Of a DNA stretch of 64,000 nt, positions 48,614-58,135 are shown piece by piece. The position numbers and the translations under genes are program-made. The notes under the pieces were generated by a model, which ran no database searches, was not told the DNA's origin, and saw only the letters and a list, made by a program, of their open reading frames with translations. This stretch comes from an uncultured Eubacteriales bacterium (GTDB lineage Bacteria > Bacillota > Clostridia > Oscillospirales > Oscillospiraceae), in the NCBI GenBank assembly GCA_902475855.1, contig CABSBF010000005.1, positions 1,741-65,740 of the forward strand, read 5' to 3'. The first letter of the stretch is position 1. Every line of letters begins with the position of its first letter.

Positions 48614-49990
48614 TCAGACCATCTGTTCCGGATGGAACACCTCGTCAAATTTTTCCGGTGTCAGGAAGCCGAGACGGATGCAGGCTTCCCGGAGAGAAAT
48701 GTTCTCCTTATAAGCCAGCTTCGCAGTTTTTGCCGCATTTTCATAGCCAATATAGGGGTTGAGCGCCGTGACCAGCATCAGAGAATTGTGCAGATTGTGG
48801 CGCATTTTTTCGCGGTTGGCGCGGATGCCGCAGACGCAGCGGTCGTTAAAGGAGTGCATCGCCTCTGCAAGCAGACGCGCAGATTGCAGGAAGTTGTAAA
48901 TGCACACCGGCATAAAGACGTTCAGCTCGAAATTACCCTGCGATGCGGCAAAGCTGACGGCTGCGTCATTGCCCATGACCTGCACGGCCACCATTGTCAG
49001 CGCTTCGCACTGCGTGGGATTGACCTTGCCGGGCATAATGGAGGAGCCGGGCTCGTTTTCGGGGATGAAAATCTCGCCCAGACCGTCGCGGGGGCCGGAG
49101 GCCAGCCAGCGCACGTCGTTGGCGATCTTCATCAGATCGGCGGCAAGCGCCTTGAGCGCTCCGTGGGCGAAGACAAGCTCGTCCTTGGAGGTCAGCGCGT
49201 GGAACTTGTTCTCCGCCGTGCGGAATTCCTTGCCGGTCAGCAGGGAGATTTCTTCCGCAACCAGGCGGTCAAAGCCCTTCGGGGCGTTCAGCCCGGTGCC
49301 GACGGCGGTGCCGCCCAGTGCGAGCTCCTTCAGCTCAGGCAGAGCCAGCAGCAGGAGCTTTCTGTCCTTTTCCAGACTGCTTCTCCAGCCGGAGATCTCC
49401 TGACTGAATTTGATGGGCGTGGCATCCTGCAAGTGCGTCCGGCCGGATTTTACCACGTCGTCGTTTTCCTGCTCCAGACGCAGGAAGGTCGCGATCAGAC
49501 AGTCGATGGCGGGCAGAACGCTTTCCTCGATGGCTTCCGCCGCGGCGATGTGCATCGCGGTAGGAAAAGTGTCGTTGGAGGACTGGGACATATTGATGTC
49601 GTCATTCGGATGCAGGAGCTTTTTGCCTGCGATCTCATTGCCGCGGTTGGCAATGACCTCATTGGCATTCATATTCGACTGTGTGCCGGAGCCGGTCTGC
49701 CAGACGACAAGGGGAAAATGCTCGTAGAGCTTGCCGGAGATGACCTCATCGCAGGCGCCTTCGATTGCAGCCAGCTTCTCGGCGGTCATCTTTTCGGGCT
49801 TGAGCTTGTGATTTGCACGCGCAGCGGCTTTTTTCAGAATACCGAAGGCGTGGGTGATCTCCCGCGGCATGGTTTCCAGACCAACGCCGATGGGAAAATT
49901 CTCATGGCTGCGCTCGGTCTGTGCGCCCCAGTATCTATCGGCGGGGACTCTGACCTCGCCCATGGAGTCGTGTTCGATCCGATACTGCAT
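48614..49990 (-). CDS. fumC: Class II fumarate hydratase
   Basis: [53 protein letters not shown]. Confidence 0.97.
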   Translation of the reverse strand: MQYRIEHDSMGEVRVPADRYWGAQTERSHENFPIGVGLETMPREITHAFGILKKAAARANHKLKPEKMTAEKLAAIEGACDEVISGKLYEHFPLVVWQTGSGTQSNMNANEVIANRGNEIAGKKLLHPNDDINMSQSSNDTFPTAMHIAAAEAIEESVLPAIDCLIATFLRLEQENDDVVKSGRTHLQDATPIKFSQEISGWRSSLEKDRKLLLLALPELKELALGGTAVGTGLNAPKGFDRLVAEEISLLTGKEFRTAENKFHALTSKDELVFAHGALKALAADLMKIANDVRWLASGPRDGLGEIFIPENEPGSSIMPGKVNPTQCEALTMVAVQVMGNDAAVSFAASQGNFELNVFMPVCIYNFLQSARLLAEAMHSFNDRCVCGIRANREKMRHNLHNSLMLVTALNPYIGYENAAKTAKLAYKENISLREACIRLGFLTPEKFDEVFHPEQMV

Positions 49991-50000
49991 ATTCTTCACC

Positions 50001-50945
50001 TCAAATTTTGATCTGACGGATGACATCCTTCAGCTTGTCGGCGCTGATGCGCAGAAGATCGACTTCACTGTCGGTCAGATGGTTAAGAATCTTGCCGCGC
50101 ACGCCGTTGCGGTCCACCAGTGCCAAGGTGGACAGGCATACGTCAGACACGCCGTACTCGCCGTGCATCATAGTGGAAACGGTCACGGCAGTTCCGGCGG
50201 TGTTGCACAGGCACTTGCACAGATGGCACACCGACATGGCCACTGCGTAGTATGTTGCGCCCTTGCTTTTGATCACCTGTGCACCGGATTTTTTGACGAA
50301 TTCCTCCACCTCGTGGTACTCGCGGTTCCAGACGATCCGGTCATGGTCGGGGGAGTTGGCGGCATAGGAATCAATGTGGTTGTTGGCAATATGCACCAGG
50401 GACCAGGGCACGAAGGAGGAATCGCCGTGCTCACCATATACGTGCGCATGGACATTCTTCGGGCTGATGCAGAACCGCTTTGCAAGCTCCGATTGCAGAC
50501 GGCTGGTATCCAGGATCGTGCCGGAGCCAAGAATCTGATGCTCCGGAAGGCCGGAGACCTTGTAGAAAACGTAGGTCAGAATATCTACGGGGTTGGAAAC
50601 GATGATATAGATCGCATTCGGCGCGGCCTGAACGATCTGCGGCGTAATTTCCTTGAGAATGTCAACATTGCACTGCGCCAGCTCCAGCCGGGACTGGCCG
50701 GCCTTTCTGGGGAGTCCGGAGGTGATGATAACGATGTCGGAGTCTGTGGCGTCGGCATAGTCGCCGGAATGGACGATGGCCGGGGAACAGAAGGGAGCGC
50801 CCTGATAGATGTCCAGCGCCTCTCCGAAGGCTTTTTCCCGGTTGATGTCGATCAGCAGGATCTCGGTGGCGATCCCTTGAATCATCAGATCATTCGCAAT
50901 GGTAGCGCCGACGCTGCCTGCGCCGATTACGGTAATTTTACTCAT
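50001..50945 (-). CDS. mdh: LDH/MDH family dehydrogenase, probably malate dehydrogenase
   Basis: IGAGSVG, SNPVD, LDTSR, GEHGDS; substrate loop [10 protein letters not shown] has Arg (MDH-type) rather than Gln; adjacent to fumC. Confidence 0.78.
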   Translation of the reverse strand: MSKITVIGAGSVGATIANDLMIQGIATEILLIDINREKAFGEALDIYQGAPFCSPAIVHSGDYADATDSDIVIITSGLPRKAGQSRLELAQCNVDILKEITPQIVQAAPNAIYIIVSNPVDILTYVFYKVSGLPEHQILGSGTILDTSRLQSELAKRFCISPKNVHAHVYGEHGDSSFVPWSLVHIANNHIDSYAANSPDHDRIVWNREYHEVEEFVKKSGAQVIKSKGATYYAVAMSVCHLCKCLCNTAGTAVTVSTMMHGEYGVSDVCLSTLALVDRNGVRGKILNHLTDSEVDLLRISADKLKDVIRQIKI

Positions 50946-51055
50946 AATGGAATCTCCTTTACATTTCGTTTTCTGTTAATCCGATAGAATTATATCGAAT
51001 GAAAGGAGAAATCGGAAATGCTAATTTCGAAAATGATATATCAAAAATAATATGG

Positions 51056-51952
51056 CTACGAATCGCTTTTATAGAGATTTACAATTGTGTTTCGGAATCC
51101 CTCCTCAATTTCCGTCATTTTGTACGAGAGATTGGTAAGAAGGGCATCGTGGTAGGCGGTTTGATTTTCACTGCAATATTTCTGGACAAGATTCCAGCGG
51201 GCGAGAAAGCGCAGCGGCATAGGTGCACTCCATAGATAGCTGCCGGGGACGGTTTCCAAAAGTGTGAGCTGCGCCATGCGGTCGACGGTGTAAATTTTAC
51301 GCACGGCCTGCTCCTCGCTTTTGAAGCGGACGCGGGAGAGATCGGAGTGGACGATCTCCGGCAGTCCGGCCAAATCCGCACGAGAAATCGAAGGAGTGCG
51401 CGCCAGCGGATGACTGCGGTGCATCAGAAGCTGATAGCGGAACCGGTTAAGGATTTGCAGTTCAAGCCCGTTTGCGGCACTTTGCTCGGAAAAATAGTCG
51501 CGATATTCCGAGCGAAAGCGGATCAGGGCGATTTCGGCCTCACCATTTGTCAGCCATTGCAGCGCCTGCCGGGCATGACATTCACGTATGACGGCGTTCA
51601 GGCTCTGCTGCGAAGGAAGCTGTGCCAGATATTCCGCGACGGCATCAAAGGCCACGGCGGAGCGCGGGATGCAGACACGCAGACGGTTCGGGACGGGATT
51701 GCGCGGGCCAAGCGCATCCATGAACTCCACTTCACGCAGGATGCTTCGCGCGTGCTGCAAAAATTGCGCGCCGCGCTCCGTTGGCCGGACACCCTTGCTG
51801 GTTCGCTCAAAGATGGCAAAACCGGCCGACTCCTCCATGTCGCGCAGAATGCGGCTCAGGTTTGGCTGGCCGAGGAAGAGATTTTCCGCAGCCTGGGAGA
51901 TGGAGCAGGTGCGTTCGATCTCGATGATGTATTGCAAATGCTGTGTGTTCAT
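51056..51952 (-). CDS. LysR-family transcriptional regulator
   Basis: SISQAAENLFLGQPNLSR...IFERTSKGVRPTERG. Confidence 0.92.
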   Translation of the reverse strand: MNTQHLQYIIEIERTCSISQAAENLFLGQPNLSRILRDMEESAGFAIFERTSKGVRPTERGAQFLQHARSILREVEFMDALGPRNPVPNRLRVCIPRSAVAFDAVAEYLAQLPSQQSLNAVIRECHARQALQWLTNGEAEIALIRFRSEYRDYFSEQSAANGLELQILNRFRYQLLMHRSHPLARTPSISRADLAGLPEIVHSDLSRVRFKSEEQAVRKIYTVDRMAQLTLLETVPGSYLWSAPMPLRFLARWNLVQKYCSENQTAYHDALLTNLSYKMTEIEEGFRNTIVNLYKSDS

Positions 51953-52085
51953 AGGCATTCTCCCAACGTAATTTGTGCGGCGACAGCCATATCATGAATT
52001 AGATAGGGAAAAAGCCGCAGCGTGTATAAAAAATTGGGTATGTGTGTGGGCGGCGGCCCGGCGCATACCGAAAACTGTTGATTCC

Positions 52086-52114
52086 ATTATACAGTGTCTG
52101 TACTTCTTTTGCAA
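52086..52114 (-). promoter_or_regulatory. Sigma-A promoter of the LysR gene
   Basis: Minus strand TTGCAA-N17-TATAAT. Confidence 0.65.
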
Positions 52115-52152
52115 GTACGCAGCAGAAGACGGAAAAAGGTGAAAGAAAAACC

Positions 52153-52181
52153 TTGCATTTTTTGAAACGAGCGGCTATAAT
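52153..52181 (+). promoter_or_regulatory. Sigma-A promoter of a non-coding transcript
   Basis: TTGCAT-N17-TATAAT. Confidence 0.7.
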
Positions 52182-52203
52182 GAAATAGCAAATGAATATG
52201 GAT

Positions 52204-52340
52204 GATATGCAGCGCGTCCGGCGAGAGCCGGCGGCGGAATGGGGTGAGAAGCCCCGCGAGCGGGTCACTGTGATGCCGGGAGACCGGATGAGTCAGATAC
52301 ACCGAGTGCTGTATGTCGGCTCCTGCCCACACCGGGATGC
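52204..52340 (+). ncRNA. Cobalamin-riboswitch-like structured RNA (orphan)
   Basis: P1 52204-15/52306-17, GAGA-capped hairpins, GGAA, T-loop hairpin GGGG-TGAGAAG-CCCC, ACTGTGA, B12-box-like GAGTCAGATAC. Confidence 0.65.
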
Positions 52341-52363
52341 TGTGACCAAAGGGATAGGTTTAT

Positions 52364-52395
52364 CCGCACAGCCGGGAGCTGTGCGGTTTTTATTT
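52364..52395 (+). terminator. Intrinsic terminator after the riboswitch-like RNA
   Basis: CCGCACAGC-CGGGA-GCTGTGCGG-TTTTTATTT. Confidence 0.85.
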
Positions 52396-52481
52396 CCTCC
52401 TGTCTTTGCAGAGCTGTGTGCCGAACGGTCTGCAAAGGAAAAAGTGTTCTGGCGTCCCGTGCCGGGGGCGACAGGAAAAAG

Positions 52482-52514
52482 AAAAAAGCGCCTCTCAGAC
52501 GAGAGGCGCTTTTT
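52482..52514. terminator. rplL terminator (bidirectional)
   Basis: AAAAAAGCGCCTCTC-AGAC-GAGAGGCGCTTTTT. Confidence 0.88.
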
Positions 52515-52527
52515 GTTGTAAAAGGAA

Positions 52528-52899
52528 TTACTTCAGCTCTGCAGTAGCGCCGGCTTCCTTCAGATCGTTGACGATCTTCTCGGCGTCTTCCTTGGAGATG
52601 GCTTCCTTCAGGGTCTTCGGGCAGTTGTCGGCGATTTCCTTCGCTTCCTTCAGGCCGAGGCCGGTCAGAGCGCGGATAACCTTGATGACAGCGATCTTGT
52701 TCGCGCCGCAGTCCTTCAGGACAACGTCGAACTCGGTCTTTTCTTCGACAGCCTCAGCAGCGCCGGCAGCGGGAGCAGCAACAGCGGCAGCAGCGGCGGA
52801 AACGCCGAAGGTATCTTCCAGAGCATGAACGAGCTCAGCCAGTTCCAGAACGGAAAGGCCCTTAACTTCTTCGATCAGAGCAGCGATTTTTTCAGACAT
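52528..52899 (-). CDS. rplL: 50S ribosomal protein L7/L12
   Basis: [28 protein letters not shown]. Confidence 0.98.
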   Translation of the reverse strand: MSEKIAALIEEVKGLSVLELAELVHALEDTFGVSAAAAAVAAPAAGAAEAVEEKTEFDVVLKDCGANKIAVIKVIRALTGLGLKEAKEIADNCPKTLKEAISKEDAEKIVNDLKEAGATAELK

Positions 52900-52933
52900 T
52901 GTAAAATCCTCCTAATGTGTTTTTAATGATTGA

Positions 52934-53470
52934 TTAGGCTTCTGCAGGGGCCTCTTCGGCGGCAGGAGCGGGGCCTTCCTTCTGCTGACGGATCTGGTCG
53001 AGGCAGAAGGCCAGTGCGGAGATCGGGGCGAGGAACGTGCCGAGAACCTGAGCAATCAGCGCATCCTTGCTGGGCAGTTCGCCGAAGCCCTTGAGCTGAT
53101 CGACGGACAGAACGGAACCTTCCACAAAGCCGCCCTTGATCTTCAGAGCGTCCTTGTTCTTCTTGGCAAATTCGCAGATGATGCGAGCCGGAGCAATGGG
53201 GTCACCGGTGGTGGTGGCGAGAGCAGTCGTGCCGTTGAGCAGCTCGTCGAACTCGGTGTAGCCGGCCTTGTTGGCGGCGAAACGAGTGAGCGTGTTCTTG
53301 ACGACGGTGTATTCCACGCCAGCTTCACGGAACTGATTGCGAAGCTCGGTATCCTTTGCGACAGTGATGCCCTTGTAGTCCACAAAAACAGCAGCGGTGG
53401 AACCCTGCAGCTTCTGCGTCAGTGCATCAACAATTGCCTTTTTGCTTTCGAGTACCTTGGTATTGGGCAA
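52934..53470 (-). CDS. rplJ: 50S ribosomal protein L10 (TTG start)
   Basis: VDYKGITV, VVKNTL, LPSKDALIAQVLG; RBS GGAGGTG. Confidence 0.97.
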   Translation of the reverse strand: MPNTKVLESKKAIVDALTQKLQGSTAAVFVDYKGITVAKDTELRNQFREAGVEYTVVKNTLTRFAANKAGYTEFDELLNGTTALATTTGDPIAPARIICEFAKKNKDALKIKGGFVEGSVLSVDQLKGFGELPSKDALIAQVLGTFLAPISALAFCLDQIRQQKEGPAPAAEEAPAEA

Positions 53471-53485
53471 TGTGTGTCACCTCCG

Positions 53486-53600
53486 AAAAAAATCCTCATG
53501 CCGATAAGACATGAGGACGCAAAAACATCATAAGTTTATGCAACCTCGGCAGGATTTGAACCGTTATGGCATAATGCCTCCTGCTGTCTCCGGCAACCTT
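53486..53600 (-). promoter_or_regulatory. L10 leader (autogenous attenuator) with terminator
   Basis: Minus strand GAGACAGCAGG...CCTGCCGAGG, then CCTCATG...CATGAGG-ATTTTTTT; promoter TTGACA-N16-TATAAT at 53632-53605. Confidence 0.82.
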
Positions 53601-53711
53601 GTCTATTATAGCAGATAAGTTCGGTTTGTCAAGGATTTTTTGCGAAAAAATGGAGAGATTTGTTTGGAGTATCCTCCAATATATGGAAGGCAGAGGAATA
53701 GAAGATAAAGG

Positions 53712-53740
53712 AAAGGCAGCAGAGATACTCTCTGCTGCCT
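53712..53740 (-). terminator. Terminator after the NlpC/P60 gene
   Basis: AAGGCAGCAGAG...CTCTGCTGCCTT hairpin. Confidence 0.7.
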
Positions 53741-53753
53741 TGACTTGATTGAA

Positions 53754-54752
53754 TTACTCTGCGATGCGGCGGGCACCGATGAAACGGCTTGCATAGCTGC
53801 CAGCCAGGTTGCTGATAACAACGCCGGTGGAAGAGTTCTGTGCATGGACGAACTGGCCGCCGCCGATGTACATACCAACGTGGGAAGCGGAAGAGCAGTA
53901 AACGAAGAAGATGAGGTCGCCGGGGCGAAGATCATCATAGGAGACGGAGTAGCCATTGGCGAGCTGCGCCGTTGCGGTGCGGTTGATGCTGTAACCGAAC
54001 TGACGCAGGATGTACTGCATGAAACCGGAGCAGTCAAAACCCGAGGGTGTCGTGCCGCCGTAGACATAGGGATAGCCGACAAACTTCTGCGCGTATGCGG
54101 AGAGCTGAGAGCCGATGCTCGAAGAGTCGTAAGAAACGTCCTCGCTGGGTGCGGAAGAAGAGGAGGACGAGGAAGACGAAGAAGAGCTGCTGGAGCTGGA
54201 AGAGGAGGAACTGCTGGAAGAGGAAGAAGAGTAACCTCTGCCGGCGTAATTGGAATAGGGAACCTCCGTCAGGGAAACAAGGTCGCTGCGGACATAGCCG
54301 ATCTGGCCATTGTACTTGACCTTGTACCAGCCGCAGTTGAAGCCGAATACAAAGACCTTTTCGCCGTCGCTTGCCTGATCAACAAGACTATTGGAAGTGG
54401 ACGGGCCGCTGCGGATATTCACGAGGGAATAATCAACGACAGCATAACCGAGATCGATATTCTCACGCTCCTTGACGCGCAGATAATCACCGCACATATA
54501 ACCGGTCTTCAGGTTGTAAATGACCTTGTACCAGTCGCCTTCCTTGGAAACGATCACGACGTTTTCGCCGTTGTAAGCGGTGGTGATGATGCTCGTGTCA
54601 GTGGAAGCGCCTTCGCGCAGCCGCAGGCCGCCGTTTGCCTCGACGATGCCGATGCCTGTCTTAATTTCGGCGGCGTTTGCAGTGATGGCCAGTGCAGCAA
54701 CTGCAACGACCAAAACGGCAAGAATCATGAGAACTCGATAGAACCGTTTCAT
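53754..54752 (-). CDS. Secreted SH3b-SH3b-NlpC/P60 peptidoglycan endopeptidase with poly-Ser linker
   Basis: Signal peptide, LRLREGAST and VNIRSGPST SH3b motifs, long Ser run, PYVYGG...GFDCSGF...HVGMY...FVHA. Confidence 0.93.
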   Translation of the reverse strand: MKRFYRVLMILAVLVVAVAALAITANAAEIKTGIGIVEANGGLRLREGASTDTSIITTAYNGENVVIVSKEGDWYKVIYNLKTGYMCGDYLRVKERENIDLGYAVVDYSLVNIRSGPSTSNSLVDQASDGEKVFVFGFNCGWYKVKYNGQIGYVRSDLVSLTEVPYSNYAGRGYSSSSSSSSSSSSSSSSSSSSSSSSSSAPSEDVSYDSSSIGSQLSAYAQKFVGYPYVYGGTTPSGFDCSGFMQYILRQFGYSINRTATAQLANGYSVSYDDLRPGDLIFFVYCSSASHVGMYIGGGQFVHAQNSSTGVVISNLAGSYASRFIGARRIAE

Positions 54753-54783
54753 TATGTAACCTCCCAAAGTATAAATGCGGAAT

Positions 54784-55077
54784 TTATTTTGCGCTGTTCA
54801 GCGCACGCTCCAGCCACACACAGCCAACATCCAAAGCAGTGTAGAAGCCGTCTTTTTCGCTCTTTTTTACGACGCGGTCACGCGCCTTTACCGCAGGATC
54901 CGTCCGCTGAAGCTGAACGGAAACCTTGGTTGCAAGATCAAGATCCTCCAATTTCTTGGATTCCAGAATCTGAAGCATGACGATGTACTCGTCTGCCATG
55001 GAGCCGTAATAGATCAAATTGTCCTTTCGCATCAGGGGATGACCCTTGTAGGTCAGGACTTCCTTCTGTTCCGACAT
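54784..55077 (-). CDS. Hypothetical protein (97 aa)
   Basis: RBS GGAGG, own promoter TTGACA-N17-TACAAT (55132-55104), normal codon usage. Confidence 0.8.
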   Translation of the reverse strand: MSEQKEVLTYKGHPLMRKDNLIYYGSMADEYIVMLQILESKKLEDLDLATKVSVQLQRTDPAVKARDRVVKKSEKDGFYTALDVGCVWLERALNSAK

Positions 55078-55293
55078 AGATACCTCCAATAAATTGTAAC
55101 TGAATTGTAACACATGGAAATCGAATTGTCAACACTTTTTCGCAATTTGCTACATCTTGTAGCAGTTCGGGAGCCGCTGCTCGTGAAAAACACCACAACT
55201 TGTGGGGCAGGGGATGGATTGGATGTTGTTTTGGGAGGTTGCAGAATATTTTTTGCTGAAAAAAGCGGGAAAAAGTGGAAAAAGTGCGGCAAT

Positions 55294-55327
55294 AAAACAC
55301 CGGGGCTTCCGCAGAAGCCCCGGTTTG
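55294..55327 (-). terminator. Terminator after ireB
   Basis: ACCGGGGCTTC-CGCA-GAAGCCCCGGT with T-tract on the minus strand. Confidence 0.75.
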
Positions 55328-55358
55328 CCTTTCGTTGGGAGCGGCCCCGCGCGGCGCG

Positions 55359-55604
55359 TCAGTCAAACAGGTAGTGGCGCACCAGCTCCTGCAGGAGTTC
55401 ATCCCGGTCGAGCTTGCAGATGAGGCTGCGAGCGTTATTGTGGTTCGTGATATAGGTCGGATCTTCGGAGAGAAGATAGCCGACGATCTGGTTGATAGGA
55501 TTGTAACCCTTCTCCGTCAGAGAGCGGTAGACTTCGGTCAGAATCCGCTTCATTTCCTCGGAGCCCTCCGCAGGGACGGTGAATTTTATGGTATTGTCGT
55601 CCAA
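55359..55604 (-). CDS. ireB: IreB/ReoM (DUF965) regulatory phosphoprotein
   Basis: [35 protein letters not shown]. Confidence 0.93.
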   Translation of the reverse strand: MDDNTIKFTVPAEGSEEMKRILTEVYRSLTEKGYNPINQIVGYLLSEDPTYITNHNNARSLICKLDRDELLQELVRHYLFD

Positions 55605-55735
55605 AACGTCCGCCTCCTTTACATCTTTTCTTTATCATATACCATTTTGCGGGCAAAGTAAAGCAAAAAACGTGAACAAATTGGAAACTTTACGGAGAGT
55701 TCACGGATCTTCCGGAAAGGACGTCCACCCGTAGA

Positions 55736-58123
55736 TCAGCGAAGCTTTGCGTCCAGCTCGCTTTCAAGACGGGCGAGCACGGCAGAGATCACACCGTCGG
55801 AGTCCGCATCGGTGAGGGTGCGGTTGTCAGCGCGGAGTGTCAGACTGAAGGCAACACTCTTCTTCCCGTCGGCGATACCCTTGCCGCGATAGATGTCAAA
55901 GAGCTTCACCTGCCGCAGCAGCTTGCCCCCGGCCTTGCGGATGCAGGCTTCCAGCGCTGCAACAGTCACGGCCTCGCTGCACACAACGGCGATGTCGCGC
56001 GAAACCGCGGGATACTTGGGCAGCGGCGTGTAGGTCTTCTCGGGCAGCTCCAGCGCGGACAGTGCAGTAAAGTCCAGCTCGGCGGCGTAGATCTCGGCGT
56101 CGATGCCATAGTTCTTCGCAACCAGAGGATGCACCTGCCCGAAAACGCCGACGTCCTTGCCGTCGATTGTGATGCGGGCGCAGCGGCCGGGATGGTAGCT
56201 GGGGTTGTCGCGCTCGGCGGAATACTCCGCGGCGCGGACGTTCATGCCGCGCAGTATGGCTTCGATCTCGCCCTTGAGGGAGAAGAAATCCTCGTTTTCG
56301 CCGTAGGTGCCGAGCACCAGGTGCTTCGGCTCATCGGGAAGCGTCCGGCCTTCTTGCGGCAGGTAGACCTTCGCCAGCTCGTAGAGTTTGACGGCGGCGT
56401 TGTGATAGGCATTATTGCGCGCAAGGATTGCCAGCATGGAGGGCAGCGCGATCGTGCGCATGATGGAGGCGTCCTCGCCCAGAGGGTTCTGGATACGCAG
56501 CGTCTTGCGCAGGGGAGAATCCTCCGGCAGACGGATCATATCAAAAATGGACGGGGAAACAAAGGAATAGGTCAGAATCTCACTGTAGCCCAGCGCACGG
56601 CACAGGGAGCCGGTTGTGTTTTCCAGAACCATGGTGCCGGTGTAGCCGCCCTCGGCAGTCGCACTGCGGAAGGCCGTGGTGGGAATGTTGTTGTAGCCGT
56701 ACAGACGGCCGACCTCCTCCGCGATATCCGCAGTCATGACCAGATCGGGACGCCAGGAGGGAATCTTGATTTCGCGGCCGTCAACCTCGATTTCCAGACG
56801 GTTGAGGTATTTGACCATGTCCGCTTCTGAGATGTCCGTGCCAAGCAGGGCGTTGATGCGCTCCGGCTCCAGCGTGACCGTACGCGGCTGAGGGACCTCA
56901 TTCAGCACGTCGATCATGCCGTCCAGCACCTCGCCGGCACCCAGCAGCTCGACCAGCTCGCAGGCGCGGTTGACAGCGGGAACGGTCAGCAGAGGATCAA
57001 TGTTCTTTTCAAATTTGCCGGAGGCTTCCGTGCGCAAACCGAGCGCAAGCGCAGTCTGGCGGATGGAGGTGCCGTCGAAGTTCGCAGATTCAAAGACGAC
57101 ATCCGTGGTGTCTGCGACGATCTCGCTGTTTTCGCCGCCCATGATGCCCGCAAGACCGATGGGCTTTTCGCCGTCGGCGATGACCAGTATACCGGGCTTG
57201 AGGGGACGGACGGTGCCGTCAAGCGTGGTCAGGCTTTCTCCCTCGACGCTTTCGCGGACGACGATCCTTCCGGAGCCGACATAGCGGTAGTCAAAGGCGT
57301 GCATCGGCTGGCCGTATTCCAGCATGACGTAGTTCGTGATGTCTACGATGTTGTTGATGGGGCGCACGCCATTGGCACGCAGGCGCTGCCGCAGCCACTT
57401 GGGGGAGGGGCCGATCTTGACATTGCGCACCATGCGCGCGGTATAGCGGCGGCAGAGTTTCTCGGCCGGGACTTCCACGTCCAGCAGCTCCATAAGGCTG
57501 CCCTCCGCTCCGCCGCGCACGACCGGCTCGTGGTGCTTCATGGGTCTATCGAAGGCGGCAGCCGCCTCGCGCGCAAGACCGATGATGGAATAGCAGTCCG
57601 GCCGGTTGTTTGTAATTTCAAAATCCACGACGGTGTCATCGTTGCCGATGACGAGGTTGATGTCATCGCCGGGCTTGCACTCTTCCTGTAAAATCCAGAT
57701 GCCGTCCTCAATGGCATAAGGAAAGTCGTTGAGGGTCAGACCCAGCTCCTTCAGGGAGCACAGCATACCGTTTGACGGCTCGCCGCGCAGTTTGCCTTTG
57801 GTGATATGAATGCCGCCGGGGAGCCAGGAGTTATGCAGTGCGGCCGGAACGAGATCGCCCTCGCGGACATTCTGTGCGCCGGTGACAATTTGTACGGGCT
57901 CCTCCCTGCCAACGTCCACCTGACACACCCACATGTGGTCGGAGTTGGTGTGGCGGACGATGGAGAGAACCTTACCGACGACCACGTTTTTGATCTCGGC
58001 GTCCATGCGCTCGTAGGTTTCCACCTTCTGGCCGGCGACGGTCATGGTTTCTACAAATTCCTTATCGGATACGTTTGAGAGGTCAACAAATTCTTCGTTG
58101 AGCCATTTTCTGTTTAACTTCAT
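55736..58123 (-). CDS. pheT: Phenylalanyl-tRNA synthetase beta subunit
   Basis: IVTGAQNV, GMLCS, EITNNRPDC, VDITNYV, IPSWRPD, IAEEVGR, RTLTD. Confidence 0.98.
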   Translation of the reverse strand: MKLNRKWLNEEFVDLSNVSDKEFVETMTVAGQKVETYERMDAEIKNVVVGKVLSIVRHTNSDHMWVCQVDVGREEPVQIVTGAQNVREGDLVPAALHNSWLPGGIHITKGKLRGEPSNGMLCSLKELGLTLNDFPYAIEDGIWILQEECKPGDDINLVIGNDDTVVDFEITNNRPDCYSIIGLAREAAAAFDRPMKHHEPVVRGGAEGSLMELLDVEVPAEKLCRRYTARMVRNVKIGPSPKWLRQRLRANGVRPINNIVDITNYVMLEYGQPMHAFDYRYVGSGRIVVRESVEGESLTTLDGTVRPLKPGILVIADGEKPIGLAGIMGGENSEIVADTTDVVFESANFDGTSIRQTALALGLRTEASGKFEKNIDPLLTVPAVNRACELVELLGAGEVLDGMIDVLNEVPQPRTVTLEPERINALLGTDISEADMVKYLNRLEIEVDGREIKIPSWRPDLVMTADIAEEVGRLYGYNNIPTTAFRSATAEGGYTGTMVLENTTGSLCRALGYSEILTYSFVSPSIFDMIRLPEDSPLRKTLRIQNPLGEDASIMRTIALPSMLAILARNNAYHNAAVKLYELAKVYLPQEGRTLPDEPKHLVLGTYGENEDFFSLKGEIEAILRGMNVRAAEYSAERDNPSYHPGRCARITIDGKDVGVFGQVHPLVAKNYGIDAEIYAAELDFTALSALELPEKTYTPLPKYPAVSRDIAVVCSEAVTVAALEACIRKAGGKLLRQVKLFDIYRGKGIADGKKSVAFSLTLRADNRTLTDADSDGVISAVLARLESELDAKLR

Positions 58124-58135
58124 TGCTGCACCTCC

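Noticed and set aside
45351..50011. Long plus-strand ORFs (879 aa, 733 aa) opposite hdrA/hdrB/fumC
   Set aside because: Antisense shadows of GC-biased real genes; no RBS or recognisable motifs.
51960..52080. LysR 5' leader as a possible riboswitch
   Set aside because: Has a GC-rich hairpin but matches no aptamer consensus I can support.
52192..52521. 109-aa ORF over the riboswitch-like RNA
   Set aside because: No RBS, crosses an intrinsic terminator, no protein-like features; the RNA fold explains the region better.
54117..54232. GAAGAG/GAGGA-rich low-complexity tract
   Set aside because: Encodes the poly-Ser linker of the NlpC/P60 protein; not a CRISPR array or satellite.
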